This document shows positions 63,322-64,000 of a stretch of 64,000 nt of DNA, in pieces. The DNA is taken from contig JAQGDQ010000872.1 in NCBI GenBank assembly GCA_030141605.1, forward strand, positions 22,253-86,252. Direction: 5' to 3'. The translations under genes and the position numbers were made by a program. Numbering within the stretch: the stretch's first letter is position 1; each line of letters opens with the position of its first letter. Source of the DNA: Tubiluchus corallicola. Lineage: Eukaryota; Animalia; Priapulida. The notes below the pieces were generated by a model. The model was given only the letters and a program-made list of their open reading frames with translations, made no database searches and was not told the origin of the DNA.

Positions 63322-64000
63322 AATACAAATTATAAGGTATTTTATATCACCGGCAGTTTAAAATACTACATTTTTTATTTTACAATTTAGCAACTGATGA
63401 ACTGAAATAAAAAAAACAATCAGCCAATTCTATCGAAATTCTGTTATAGTCTTTAATCATGTAAATGTGAGTATATAACTTTCTTTACAAATTTGTGTAT
63501 TATACATGAAGTTAAATTTAAAACTATTTTTTATTGTGTGCAAGAATTTTTTCAGGCATTTTTTAATTACTAACATTGCTTCACCCATGTTTCTAATCAT
63601 GAGTTTATTAACAATCTGAGACTGTTGTAAAACATCAGTCCAGTGAATGAATACACACAATTATTTATATGTATTGTGATTTTATTACTGTACATTTTGT
63701 GTATGTTTTATTACGATATATATAGATATATATATCGTAATAAATATATATTATATCATTATTATATGTTATCATTATTATATATATATATTATATTATT
63801 ATATATTATATTATATACGATAAATATATATCGTACATATATATATCCTAATAAAACACACAAAATCTACGATATATAAGGGCAGTATTTTTTAAGACTC
63901 TTACAGTCATACACTGCCCTCACACATTTTCTTCCATAAAAAATAGTTTCATTACTGGCTAATTTGTATTGCACTGCATGTATATATATATATATATGTG

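Overview
AT-rich, intron-rich invertebrate (metazoan) genomic DNA; no prokaryotic features. Hand-assembling exons from GT-AG sites with phase checks gives four protein-coding loci. (1) A complete 10-exon, ~590-aa type-B carboxylesterase/neuroligin-like gene on the minus strand (11543->981) that has lost its catalytic Ser and His and has no transmembrane segment. (2) An isolated first exon resembling ceramide glucosyltransferase (UGCG/GlcT) on the minus strand (16482->16367); no further UGCG exons were seen, so the esterase-like gene appears nested in UGCG intron 1 on the same strand, and a fusion splice would be in frame. (3) A complete FGGY carbohydrate kinase (D-ribulokinase-like) gene on the plus strand (~18621/19706->43408). 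(4) The 3' part of a ULK/Atg1 (unc-51) gene on the minus strand (61275->47258), including the LIR motif and C-terminal domain. Introns hold many MITEs, LINE fragments, a 5S-rRNA-headed SINE and about ten unrelated minisatellite arrays. Two of these arrays amplify ULK exon-donor junctions. All homology calls come from recalled motifs, not database searches.
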